From assembly GCA_037142555.1 (NCBI GenBank), contig JBAXAJ010000003.1, positions 13,589 through 77,588 of the forward strand: a stretch of DNA of 64,000 nucleotides. The letters are read 5' to 3'. The stretch comes from Candidatus Shapirobacteria bacterium. GTDB taxonomy: Bacteria > Patescibacteriota > Microgenomatia > UBA12405. The notes below the pieces were generated by a model. The model was not told the origin of the DNA and did not search any database. It saw only the letters and a list, made by a program, of their open reading frames with translations. Shown here in pieces: positions 27,059-36,366 of the stretch. Numbering within the stretch: the stretch's first letter is position 1; the number at the start of each line of letters is the position of its first letter. The translations under genes and the position numbers were made by a program.

Positions 27059-28296
27059 ATTTAATTCCATCATCTCCAGGTGTTTATATCTACAGAAATT
27101 CTGAAAATAAAATAATTTACATTGGTAAAGCTATAAATTTGAAGAAAAGAGTTTCTCAATATTTTCAGCGCGATGATGCTTTAGGCCAAAAAACACTACA
27201 GCTAGTGTCTCAAATCAACAAAATCGACTACAAAGTTGTTGGTTCAGAAATTGAAGCTCTGATTCTAGAAGCCAGTTTAATCAAACAATATCGACCAAAA
27301 TATAATTCTCAATTAAAAGACGACAAAAGTTATGTCTATATAACTATCACTAAAGACAAATATCCTTTAATTAAATCAGCTTTCAAATCAACTCTTAATT
27401 CAGACTCTATTTTCTATGGCCCTTTCCCAAATAGCACAGCTGTTAAAAGTCTTCTAAAAACCATCCGCCATATTTTCCCATATTATTCATCTCATCATTC
27501 AAAAAATAAATGTCTCTATTGTCACATTGGTCTATGTCCTGGCCCAGATATTAGTATCTCAAATTATAAAAAAAACATTTCTCAAATCAAAAACATTTTA
27601 AGTGGAAATTTTAGAAAATTACTTTCTGATTTAACAAAAGAAATGAAAATATTTTCAAAAAATGAAAATTATGAAATGGCCAAAATTAAACTCGATCAAA
27701 TTAACGCCATAAACTATTTCATTTCTGGTTGGAGAAATTTAAACAATCTTTATCAACAAATCGATCTACCAGAAGACCAAACTAACAAAGCTCTCGCTGA
27801 ATTAAAAATGATTTTGTCTCCTCATCTAAATAATCTTAAAAATATTAATCGTCTTGAAGCTTTTGACATTTCTAATTTAGGCAACAAATATTTTGTCGGT
27901 TCTATGGTCGTATTTCAAAATGGAAATATTGATAAAAATGAATATAGAAAATTCAAAATATATTCTAAAGATACTCCTGATGATCAATTAATGATTAAAG
28001 AAGTAGTCTACCGTCGTCTTAAACACCCAGAATGGGGGACACCACAAATCATTCTAGTTGATGGTGGCAAACCACAAGTTTCTGCAGCAAACTCCGTAAT
28101 CAAAAATATTCCAATAATTGGTTTGGCAAAAAGAGAAGAAACTATTGTTATCAAAAATGATAAAGAGTGGACAGAAATTAATCTTCCAAAAAATTCACCA
28201 TCTCTTTTGCTTTTACAAAGATTAAGAGACGAAGCTCACCGCTTTGCTAATAAATATCGAAAAGAATTAATCAAAAAAAACACCTTTGCCAATTAA
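27046..28296 (+). CDS. uvrC: excinuclease ABC subunit C (short form)
   Basis: PGVY..IYIGKA GIY-YIG domain, EAFDISN, DGGKPQ, RDEAHRFA; no HhH tail. Confidence 0.92.
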   Translation: MFDLNLIPSSPGVYIYRNSENKIIYIGKAINLKKRVSQYFQRDDALGQKTLQLVSQINKIDYKVVGSEIEALILEASLIKQYRPKYNSQLKDDKSYVYITITKDKYPLIKSAFKSTLNSDSIFYGPFPNSTAVKSLLKTIRHIFPYYSSHHSKNKCLYCHIGLCPGPDISISNYKKNISQIKNILSGNFRKLLSDLTKEMKIFSKNENYEMAKIKLDQINAINYFISGWRNLNNLYQQIDLPEDQTNKALAELKMILSPHLNNLKNINRLEAFDISNLGNKYFVGSMVVFQNGNIDKNEYRKFKIYSKDTPDDQLMIKEVVYRRLKHPEWGTPQIILVDGGKPQVSAANSVIKNIPIIGLAKREETIVIKNDKEWTEINLPKNSPSLLLLQRLRDEAHRFANKYRKELIKKNTFAN

Positions 28297-29033
28297 CGTT
28301 TTGGCATGAAAGCAATTTTGAAATAATAGACTTCATCAAGATAACTCACATCATAACAACGGACACTATCAAATTTTACATTTGTTTTAACATTCAATTC
28401 ATCATCTAAAAATATTCTTTGTAATTCCACCTCTTCTTGGTTATCTAAATCAAGAACCCCTAAAACATCTTGATTCAATTCACCTTTTTCTCCATCAATA
28501 GTGACAAAAGGAGTGTTTTCTTTAATAAAAAATAAATTTCTTTTATCATTATTTTTTTTCATTTCTAATCTAACTCTTTGTATTTCATCAAACTGACTTT
28601 GTCTAAAATCAATTTTTTCTTTTCCTTTTTCCATTTCTACTGGAATAGAAACAATTTCATTAGGATTAATCATTCTTTCTTCCTTATCTTCATTTTTTTT
28701 AGTGAAAGAATATTTCAATTCAGTTAAAGTTTTATATTTACCATAACCATCCTCTCTAATTTCATGTTCACCATAAATATTTAAAACTTTACTCACTATT
28801 ACTGTCCCTAAAATTTCTCCAGTTCTAAAAACTCCGTCTTTTCTTTGTCTGAATTTAGTTCCTTCTATAAAAAACTTTTGTTCTTCTTCAGGTGTTTGTT
28901 TTAATAATTCTTTTGACACTAAATTATTAAATTCCGATATATCAATCTGATGATCTCTATGATCGTCAGTTATAGGGATTAGTTGTCCATTATCAGTATA
29001 ACGACCAATAATATTTTTTGGAAACTCTTTCAT
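28293..29033 (-). CDS. hypothetical protein
   Basis: 246-aa ORF, coupled to upstream ORF (ATGA overlap). Confidence 0.65.
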   Translation of the reverse strand: MKEFPKNIIGRYTDNGQLIPITDDHRDHQIDISEFNNLVSKELLKQTPEEEQKFFIEGTKFRQRKDGVFRTGEILGTVIVSKVLNIYGEHEIREDGYGKYKTLTELKYSFTKKNEDKEERMINPNEIVSIPVEMEKGKEKIDFRQSQFDEIQRVRLEMKKNNDKRNLFFIKENTPFVTIDGEKGELNQDVLGVLDLDNQEEVELQRIFLDDELNVKTNVKFDSVRCYDVSYLDEVYYFKIAFMPKR

Positions 29034-29542
29034 TTTTGTTCACTTTTTAATAACATTTCTTTCTTTTTTTTATCTTCTACCAACATTTCTTTCTTTTTTT
29101 CTTTGTCTTCACAAGCCTTAGGAGCCCAAAAAGTCTGTCCTGGACTAAATCTCAATTCTCTTTTTTTACCACCAGACTTTGGAATTTCATAAAAGAATTT
29201 TATTACACTTAAAGCCTTATATCTTATAAACCCCTTTGATTTTATTTCTTTACCACTTTCATCTAAAACTCTGACTGCCATTGTTTCACCAAAAGTATAG
29301 CCACCTCGATAATCAGATTGAAGACCTTTCCCCCAATGAAAATTTTCAACTTTAGTAGTAGGGGAAAAATAACGTCTATCTTTTTCTGGATGTTGGTTTA
29401 ACAACTCTTGTCGTTTTTCTTCATCAACTTGAGCTTGGTCTTTATACATGTCGCCAGAAGGATCCGCTCTATAAAGGTCTTGACCGTTAGGTAATTTACC
29501 AATAATATCTGGATCTACAAATTTACCATTTTCAATTGACAT
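29030..29542 (-). CDS. hypothetical protein
   Basis: 170-aa ORF with Lys/Glu-rich repetitive tail. Confidence 0.6.
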   Translation of the reverse strand: MSIENGKFVDPDIIGKLPNGQDLYRADPSGDMYKDQAQVDEEKRQELLNQHPEKDRRYFSPTTKVENFHWGKGLQSDYRGGYTFGETMAVRVLDESGKEIKSKGFIRYKALSVIKFFYEIPKSGGKKRELRFSPGQTFWAPKACEDKEKKKEMLVEDKKKKEMLLKSEQK

Positions 29543-29599
29543 AATTAGCTTAATTTATATTAACCTATAATAATATTATATCAAATATTAATACAATTA

Positions 29600-30739
29600 T
29601 CAACTTAAAAACTCTTTCATTCTTTCCAGACCTTTTTTAGGTCCTTCTTTTTCAAAATGAAGTCTAGCTGGCTCAAGTTTTTTAATTATCCATTCAGCTA
29701 ATCCATTTTTTAAATCAAGTGGATAGAGCTTTTCAGTCTTGTAATCTTCAATCAAATCACTAACTTTAGTGTAAACAATGTTTCCACCAAACTTTTCTGG
29801 TCTTTCAATAATGAATTCACCAGTCTCTTCTCCCCAAAAAACCAAAGTCTTAACCCAGTTTATTAAAGGATTATATTCAATTTCTTTTGGAGGCCCATAA
29901 GCTTTTCTAATTTTATTTCTAATTTCATCAGGAGTGTCATGGACAAAGATTGCTGAACCTGGTTTAGATTTACTCATTTTTAGATCAATAGCCACATCTT
30001 CTTCACTTTGTTTCAAATCTGTAGCTTCTGGCCCAGTCAAACCAGCAATCAAATTTTGGTGAACTGCAACCGGTGCAATTTTGTTTCCTTGGCTATCAAA
30101 TAGGGGATTGATGACTAATTTTTTAGCCACCTGTCTTCCGACCACATGAGCTTTTCTTTGATCCATTCCAGCATGAGCCAAATTAACTCTAAGAGTGAAA
30201 ATGTCGGCAACTTGGAGTGGGGGATAAAACAAAGTTGACATATTTACATCAGTCCCCTGCTTCTTCCCCATAATTGAGATAGACCTTAAGTTGCGTGACA
30301 AAGTCACATGTTTACCAACTTCCATGAATGTTTCCCAGTGAGTAATATTATTACTGTATAAATCTTTTCCAGTCACAAATTCAACTTGATTTTCTTCAAC
30401 ACCAAAACATTTGAGTGAAGCAATTAAACCTTGTTTAAAATAGTTTTCAGTTGCCCATCTAATATTTTCCCAGTCACCACCTAATTTATTATTTAAGTAA
30501 GAATGAAAATCAGCTAAAAGAATTTGACATCTAACTCCAGCTTTAATGAAATCAGCGATTTTACCCATTGAAATCAAACCAGTTCCTAAATGAACTAGTC
30601 CAGAAATTTCAAAACCAATATAGTGGACTAGAGGAGTTTTTGTTTCAATTAAGTGTTTCAAATCATCAGTAGTCAAAAGTTCCTGACAATTTCTGCTTAT
30701 TAAATTAATTTTTTGTTCTGTAGTTAAAGAATTTTCCAT
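29600..30739 (-). CDS. tyrS: tyrosine--tRNA ligase, archaeal/eukaryotic type
   Basis: YIGFEISGLVHLG, YPPLQVADI, AGMDQRKAH, KMSKS, RPEKFGG; no S4 domain. Confidence 0.9.
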   Translation of the reverse strand: MENSLTTEQKINLISRNCQELLTTDDLKHLIETKTPLVHYIGFEISGLVHLGTGLISMGKIADFIKAGVRCQILLADFHSYLNNKLGGDWENIRWATENYFKQGLIASLKCFGVEENQVEFVTGKDLYSNNITHWETFMEVGKHVTLSRNLRSISIMGKKQGTDVNMSTLFYPPLQVADIFTLRVNLAHAGMDQRKAHVVGRQVAKKLVINPLFDSQGNKIAPVAVHQNLIAGLTGPEATDLKQSEEDVAIDLKMSKSKPGSAIFVHDTPDEIRNKIRKAYGPPKEIEYNPLINWVKTLVFWGEETGEFIIERPEKFGGNIVYTKVSDLIEDYKTEKLYPLDLKNGLAEWIIKKLEPARLHFEKEGPKKGLERMKEFLS

Positions 30740-30764
30740 AGTTGAATTATACAAGATAATTTAA

Positions 30765-31451
30765 TCAGATTCTTTCTGCAAAAATTAACAATCTCTTCCA
30801 ATCAGTTCCAATTGGCCAACAAGTTTGCAAAATCAAAACTTCCTTATTCTCATCCTTATAATTAATATAACCAGTTTCTGAAGCTTTAATGACTTTTTTC
30901 ATATATGTTTTATAGGTATAAACTTGACCATTATATTTAATATAAATAAGATCATTTTCATTCATTTTTCCTAGAAGATAAAAAACCGCATTTTTCCTGG
31001 TCATTTCCAAACCTTGTTGGCTAGAATGAGCAAAAACATAAGTTGTTTTGCCCTTACCTAAACCTGGCAAATAAGAACCCTTAGCCTGAGCCACCACATT
31101 ATTTTCCAAAACTTTCAAATATTCCTTTGGATTAAATGGAGAAATATTAGGAATCACTTCAGAAGAAGCCAAAATTTTTGGAATTTGAATATTATATTCA
31201 TAAATACTTTGTTGAACCGGAAAAGATTCAAGTTTGACTTCAGCCTCTTTAGTGTGGAATTTATAGTTTATTAAAGATTTTCCAATTGGCCAATATAAAT
31301 ATCCAAAAGACAAAAAAGAAAAAAGAACCACGATAGTTCCAACATAAAACAAATATCTCTTTGGGCCACCAGGGTTATTATAAATAATCCCTTTCTTACT
31401 TTTTATTTTTACTTTCCTTTTTTTAGGAGTTATTTTGAAAAAATCAATCAT
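30765..31451 (-). CDS. sortase
   Basis: N-terminal TM; FAHS, LQTCWP, R triad. Confidence 0.88.
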   Translation of the reverse strand: MIDFFKITPKKRKVKIKSKKGIIYNNPGGPKRYLFYVGTIVVLFSFLSFGYLYWPIGKSLINYKFHTKEAEVKLESFPVQQSIYEYNIQIPKILASSEVIPNISPFNPKEYLKVLENNVVAQAKGSYLPGLGKGKTTYVFAHSSQQGLEMTRKNAVFYLLGKMNENDLIYIKYNGQVYTYKTYMKKVIKASETGYINYKDENKEVLILQTCWPIGTDWKRLLIFAERI

Positions 31452-31472
31452 TCTTAATTAAATATAACCTAA

Positions 31473-31550
31473 TTGACAAATGATGCAATATACCCTAACA
31501 TATTCAACTGTTTGTATTTACTCCGGTTAGGAGGCAGACGGGTTTTTTTT
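31473..31550 (+). promoter_or_regulatory. greA promoter plus leader terminator hairpin
   Basis: TTGACA-N17-TAACAT; then CTGTTTGT..CTCC-ggtta-GGAG-GCAGACGG and T8 just before the ATG. Confidence 0.6.
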
Positions 31551-31558
31551 ACACAAAA

Positions 31559-32023
31559 ATGATTCATAAAAATCTATTAACCAAAGATGGTTACAACAAT
31601 TTGACTGAACAACTAAAAGAGTTCAAAAAGAAACAAGAACACTTAATCATTGAGATTGAAGAAGTCGCTCAACCAGACGAATCTGGTGAAGATGGATTAG
31701 CAACTCAATTAAAAGAAGAACTTGAATTAATCAACGAAAAAATTGATGATATTGAAGTTGCTCTTGAAGATGCCAAAATTGTTGATAATGCTTGTGAAAA
31801 ACATCTCCAAGTCGAAATTGGTTGTAAGGTCAAAGTCAAAATTGCTAATAAAATAATTAAAGAATTCACTATTGTTAGCCATCTAGAAGCTGATCCTCAT
31901 GTTGACAAAATTTCCAATGAATCACCACTTGGTGTTGCTCTCCTTGGCAAAAAAGTTAATGATCAAGTTGAAGTTGACGCTCCAGCTGGAAAAATAATCT
32001 ACAAAATAATTTCTATTAGCTAA
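31559..32023 (+). CDS. greA: transcription elongation factor GreA/GreB family
   Basis: LTKDGY..L coiled coil; EADP...ISNESPLG.ALLGK..V.APAG. Confidence 0.85.
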   Translation: MIHKNLLTKDGYNNLTEQLKEFKKKQEHLIIEIEEVAQPDESGEDGLATQLKEELELINEKIDDIEVALEDAKIVDNACEKHLQVEIGCKVKVKIANKIIKEFTIVSHLEADPHVDKISNESPLGVALLGKKVNDQVEVDAPAGKIIYKIISIS

Positions 32024-32039
32024 TGTAGTAAAATTAATT

Positions 32040-33500
32040 ATGGTTGATCCAAAATTAAATGAACTTCAGCGACAAAGGCAAGAAAAACTCACAAAATTAA
32101 AGAGTCTTAACTCCAATCTATATCCCCAGCCAAATCTCGAAAATAAAATAAGCACTTCCGAAGCTAAAGAAAAATTAGATCAAAAAGTTCTAATTGCTGG
32201 TCGAATAATGTCTAAACGCGGTCAAGGAAAAATTATGTTTGCTGATCTTCAAGACAGAACTGGTAAAATCCAAATTTTCTTCCAAGAAAAAACTCTAGCT
32301 GAAAAGATTAAAGAAACTAAACTTCTGGATCTAGGAGACATCATTAGCGCCTCTGGAACCGTCTTTAAGACTCAAGCAGGTGAAATAACTATTAATATTG
32401 AAGAATTCCAAATTTTAACCAAGAATTTAAGACCTCTCCCAGAAAAATGGCATGGTCTTAAAGATGTTGAAATTAGTTATCGTCAACGCTATGTTGATTT
32501 AATCGTCAACCCAGAATCTCGACAAGTTTTTGAAACCAGAACCAAACTTCTTTCCGAAATGCGTCGTTATCTAGATGACCATGGTTTCATGGAAGTTGAA
32601 ACCCCAATTCTTCAACCAGTCTATGGCGGTGCCTCTGCTAAACCTTTTGTCACTCATCACAACGAACTAGACATGGATATGTATCTTCGTATTTCTGATG
32701 AATTATATTTAAAACGCCTAATTGTTGGTGGATTTGAAAAAATCTATGAAGTCAGCAAAGATTTCCGAAATGAAGGTGTTTCTCGTTTTCACAACCCAGA
32801 ATTCACTCAAATTGAATTCTATTGGGCCTATGTTGATTACGAAGTTTTAATGAAATTCACTCAAGATTTAATCAGACATCTTTTAATGGTCACCAAAAAC
32901 ACTCTCAAAATTTCTTTCCAAGGCACTGACCTTGATTTCTCAAAAGAAATTCGTCGCTTAACTTTCAAAGATGCTATTTTCGAAACAACTAAAATTGACA
33001 TCGATAAAATCAAAAACGAAGAAGATTTCAAAAAAGAATTAGAAATTAGAAATTTGAAATTAGATTTAAAGGGAATTATTGGTCTCGGTGCTTGTTTCGA
33101 TGCTCTATATAAAGAATATGTTCGACCAGGAATCATCCAACCAACTTTCATCACTGATTATCCAGCTGAAATGATTGCTCTCGCTAAACGCAAAGAGAAT
33201 GACCCAACTAAAATTGCTTCCTTCCAACTTCTTGCCTGTGGCACTGAATTTTTGAAAGCTTACAACGAGTTAAACGATCCAAAAGACCAAGCTGATCGTT
33301 GGCTTGAAGAACAAAAATTAGCTGACAAAGGCTCAGAAATTGCTTCTCAATTTGACGCTGATTACATTCGTGCTCTTGAATATGGCATGCCACCAACTGC
33401 TGGTTGGGGAATGGGTGTCGATCGTTTCACTCAACTTATCACTGATTCAGCCACCATCAAAGACGTCATCTTATTTCCATCAATGAGAAAAGAGGAATAA
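32040..33500 (+). CDS. lysS: lysine--tRNA ligase (class II)
   Basis: YRQRYVDL, EVETP, FRNEG..HNPEFT, YGMPPTAG.G.GVDR. Confidence 0.97.
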   Translation: MVDPKLNELQRQRQEKLTKLKSLNSNLYPQPNLENKISTSEAKEKLDQKVLIAGRIMSKRGQGKIMFADLQDRTGKIQIFFQEKTLAEKIKETKLLDLGDIISASGTVFKTQAGEITINIEEFQILTKNLRPLPEKWHGLKDVEISYRQRYVDLIVNPESRQVFETRTKLLSEMRRYLDDHGFMEVETPILQPVYGGASAKPFVTHHNELDMDMYLRISDELYLKRLIVGGFEKIYEVSKDFRNEGVSRFHNPEFTQIEFYWAYVDYEVLMKFTQDLIRHLLMVTKNTLKISFQGTDLDFSKEIRRLTFKDAIFETTKIDIDKIKNEEDFKKELEIRNLKLDLKGIIGLGACFDALYKEYVRPGIIQPTFITDYPAEMIALAKRKENDPTKIASFQLLACGTEFLKAYNELNDPKDQADRWLEEQKLADKGSEIASQFDADYIRALEYGMPPTAGWGMGVDRFTQLITDSATIKDVILFPSMRKEE

Positions 33501-33502
33501 TT

Positions 33503-33847
33503 ATGGCAATATTAAAAATTGACAATTTTCCAACTTTTGAAGAATTAGAAAAATTGAAAGAAGAATTCGGTGAATATATTAAATTAGTTGCCGACATTGA
33601 TAAAGGAATTTTATATGGTGGTTCTCGTCTTCACGCCGACATCGAAAAAATATTAATAGATTCTGGATCTTTACAAAAAAATGTTTGGGGTGGAGGAATT
33701 GATTTAGTTTCTAAAATCATAGAATGTTCTGCTGTTGCCAACATTAGATCAGACTCAAATCCAAGTACTGAAATACTCGATCCAATAATTAGAGAGAAGT
33801 TTATAAATATAGTTAAAAAATATTTTCCTGAATTTATTTATGGATAA
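33503..33847 (+). CDS. DUF5674-like protein
   Basis: YIKLVADI, LHADIE..L...GS.Q.NVWGG, NIR..NPS.EI.D pattern (family recalled, not searched). Confidence 0.65.
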   Translation: MAILKIDNFPTFEELEKLKEEFGEYIKLVADIDKGILYGGSRLHADIEKILIDSGSLQKNVWGGGIDLVSKIIECSAVANIRSDSNPSTEILDPIIREKFINIVKKYFPEFIYG

Positions 33848-34109
33848 CTCAAAGTTAGAACTATTAAATATTTCCACAGATTTAAAAAGATCAGTGATGT
33901 TTTTAGTTAGAAATCAAGATAATAACCCTAAAAATTGTATTTTTATTCAAAATATTTTAAAAAACTATCCTAAATTAATAAAAATTGATCCTAAAATTTC
34001 AGAAATTATTGATATCAAATATCTTAAAAATACCAAAGATAAGGCCAATGTTAAGGCTGAATTTTTATTAATGCAAAGTTTAAAACTTCAACATTATTTA
34101 GGTTTATAA
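33840..34109 (+). CDS. small helical hypothetical protein coupled to DUF5674-like gene
   Basis: Overlaps the upstream stop; S.DLKR and AE.LLM.S..LQ helices. Confidence 0.6.
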   Translation: MDNSKLELLNISTDLKRSVMFLVRNQDNNPKNCIFIQNILKNYPKLIKIDPKISEIIDIKYLKNTKDKANVKAEFLLMQSLKLQHYLGL

Positions 34110-34115
34110 CAAAAT

Positions 34116-34778
34116 ATGAAATTACTTCTAACTTCAGCCGGACTTGCAAACAAGTCAATAATTAAAGCGCTCCAAGAATTAGTCAAGAAACCTTTTTCTG
34201 AATTAAAAGTTACTTTTGTTCCTACTGCTTCAAACATAGAAGAAGGTGACAAAAAAGATTGGTTGATAAAAGATTTAGAAATACTTAAAGATTTAAAATT
34301 TTCCAGTATCGATATTGTTGATGTTTCAGCTGTACCAAAAGAAGTTTGGTTAAAAAGATTAAAAGAAGCAGACATCTTTTTTGTCGAGGGTGGCAACACT
34401 TACCATTTAATGTATTGGTTTGATAAGTCTGGATTATCAAAAGTCTTACCTGACTTACTAAAAACCAGAGTTTATATTGGTGTCAGTGCTGGAACCATGG
34501 TTGTTAATCCAACCGTAGTTCATTGGTATAAAGAAAAAATTGTTTGTCAAAAAATAAATAAAACCAGTTTTGGTAAAGGTTTATCTTATGTAAATTTTAT
34601 GGTTGAGCCACATCTTAATAGTTCTTGGTTTCCAGAAATGACTTTAGAAAATATCGAAAAAAAATTAAAAGATTATCCATATCCTTTATATGCTCTAGAT
34701 GATGAATCAGCTATTAAAGTTGATGGTGATAAAATTGAAGTAATTTCCGAAGGTGTTTGGAAAAAATTTGAAAAATAA
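34116..34778 (+). CDS. peptidase E / S51 family (GATase-like)
   Basis: MKLLLTSAG, VPTA, GGNT, GVSAG nucleophile, PH. Confidence 0.9.
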   Translation: MKLLLTSAGLANKSIIKALQELVKKPFSELKVTFVPTASNIEEGDKKDWLIKDLEILKDLKFSSIDIVDVSAVPKEVWLKRLKEADIFFVEGGNTYHLMYWFDKSGLSKVLPDLLKTRVYIGVSAGTMVVNPTVVHWYKEKIVCQKINKTSFGKGLSYVNFMVEPHLNSSWFPEMTLENIEKKLKDYPYPLYALDDESAIKVDGDKIEVISEGVWKKFEK

Positions 34779-34779
34779 T

Positions 34780-35370
34780 ATGACCGACAGAAAAATTTTT
34801 AATGATGCTGTAGAAAAAAATCTAGAACAAAACATTTATTATCATTCTCTAGCTCTAGAGGCTTGCATGGGTGGAATTTATGATTATTTGAAAACATTTA
34901 ATTTACTCAACGATTCAGAACCAACTAAAGAAGAATGGACTCTAGCTGGTCTAGTTCACGACATCGATTATTCAGGTGAGTTTAAAGATCTCCATCCTTT
35001 AAAAACAAAAGAAGCTTTAAAGAAATATGACCTAGAAATTTCTGACACTGTCCAAGAAATCATTCTAGCTCATGATGGTCGACAAAATTGTGTTTATGAC
35101 AATAAAGCCAAATGGGCAATTTTCTGTGCTGATTCCTTAACTGGTTTAATTGTCGCTGTCGCTCTAGTTTATCCATCTAAAAAATTAACCGATGTCAAAA
35201 CTTCATCAGTTTTAAAAAGATTTCTAAAAGAACCAAAATTTGCCGCCGGCACTCGCCGTGATGAAGTTTCTAAGTGTGAATTAAAAGAAGGTCTCAATAT
35301 TCCTCTCGAAAAATTCATTGAAATTTGTCTTCAATCGATGCAACAAATCGCCCCACAAATTGGGTTATAG
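34780..35370 (+). CDS. HD/HDIG-domain metal-dependent phosphohydrolase
   Basis: HSL, GLVHDID, ILAH, ADSLTGLI. Confidence 0.88.
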   Translation: MTDRKIFNDAVEKNLEQNIYYHSLALEACMGGIYDYLKTFNLLNDSEPTKEEWTLAGLVHDIDYSGEFKDLHPLKTKEALKKYDLEISDTVQEIILAHDGRQNCVYDNKAKWAIFCADSLTGLIVAVALVYPSKKLTDVKTSSVLKRFLKEPKFAAGTRRDEVSKCELKEGLNIPLEKFIEICLQSMQQIAPQIGL

Positions 35371-35371
35371 T

Positions 35372-35686
35372 TTATTTCCTTTTTTCTAACTTTATCTTAA
35401 TTAATTGTCTATGTTCAATCTCTCTTTCGCTTAGTTTACAAACAGTACCATCAGGTAATTTTTTAAATTCGGCTGCTTCTGAATGTTCTTTCCAATTTTC
35501 GATAAGATTAATTCTTTCTTTTTCTAGTTCATCACCATCAACTCCTGAAAATCTTTTCTTGTGTTGTTCTGAATTTAATCTCACAAAAAAATGTGGGTTA
35601 TTTCCAAAAATACCATCTTTTCTAGAATATACACATTCTATTTCAGATAGATTATTTAATAAACTTTCCATTTCTTTATTTGCCAT
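35372..35686 (-). CDS. hypothetical protein
   Basis: ORF with TGATAAAAT -10 box 8 nt before ATG 35686. Confidence 0.55.
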   Translation of the reverse strand: MANKEMESLLNNLSEIECVYSRKDGIFGNNPHFFVRLNSEQHKKRFSGVDGDELEKERINLIENWKEHSEAAEFKKLPDGTVCKLSEREIEHRQLIKIKLEKRK

Positions 35687-35726
35687 AGTGTGTGATTTTA
35701 TCATCATTTAGGTTTATAATGAACAT

Positions 35727-36365
35727 ATGGAAATTTATCCAAAAATGACTAAAGACAATACTGCTCTAGTAGTCATTGACCCAATAAATTCTTGTGCCCA
35801 CGAAGATTGTGAAACTCCAGAATGGAATGTTCACTTTTCCAAAATTCGTAAAATGTTGCCTAAACTAGACAAATTCATTAAAAAATACCGACAAAAAATA
35901 GGTGGCTTGGTTGTTATTACTAAAACAACTCCATGGAATGAAAAGCATTTAGCTAAAAATATTAACGAACTTTATACTGACCCTATGGCTTGTTATTACT
36001 CAGACGACGACAGTGGTTTTGATGAAGAATTTTTTGTAATCAAACCAGAACCAAGTGATTTAATTTTCACCAAAAACACTTATGACACTTTTGTTGGCGG
36101 TGAATTAACTAAAAAATTAAAAGACAAAGGAATTAAATACATAATCATGACCGGCATTTTTACTGATGGTTGTGTTCTAGCATCAATTGCCAGTGGTTTT
36201 TCTCAGGGTTTCAATTTTGTCATCCTTAAAGATTTAATCGAAACAACCGATTCACCAGCTCGTCAAAAAATTCAAAAACTTTTAATTGAAAATACTTTTC
36301 CAAAACTATATGGTAAAACAATTAAATCTAGTGAACTATTTGAAAATAATAATTTAATTACATAA
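35727..36365 (+). CDS. isochorismatase-like cysteine hydrolase
   Basis: TALVVID, KNTYDTF, GIFTDGCV (D-K-C triad). Confidence 0.88.
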   Translation: MEIYPKMTKDNTALVVIDPINSCAHEDCETPEWNVHFSKIRKMLPKLDKFIKKYRQKIGGLVVITKTTPWNEKHLAKNINELYTDPMACYYSDDDSGFDEEFFVIKPEPSDLIFTKNTYDTFVGGELTKKLKDKGIKYIIMTGIFTDGCVLASIASGFSQGFNFVILKDLIETTDSPARQKIQKLLIENTFPKLYGKTIKSSELFENNNLIT

Positions 36366-36366
36366 T

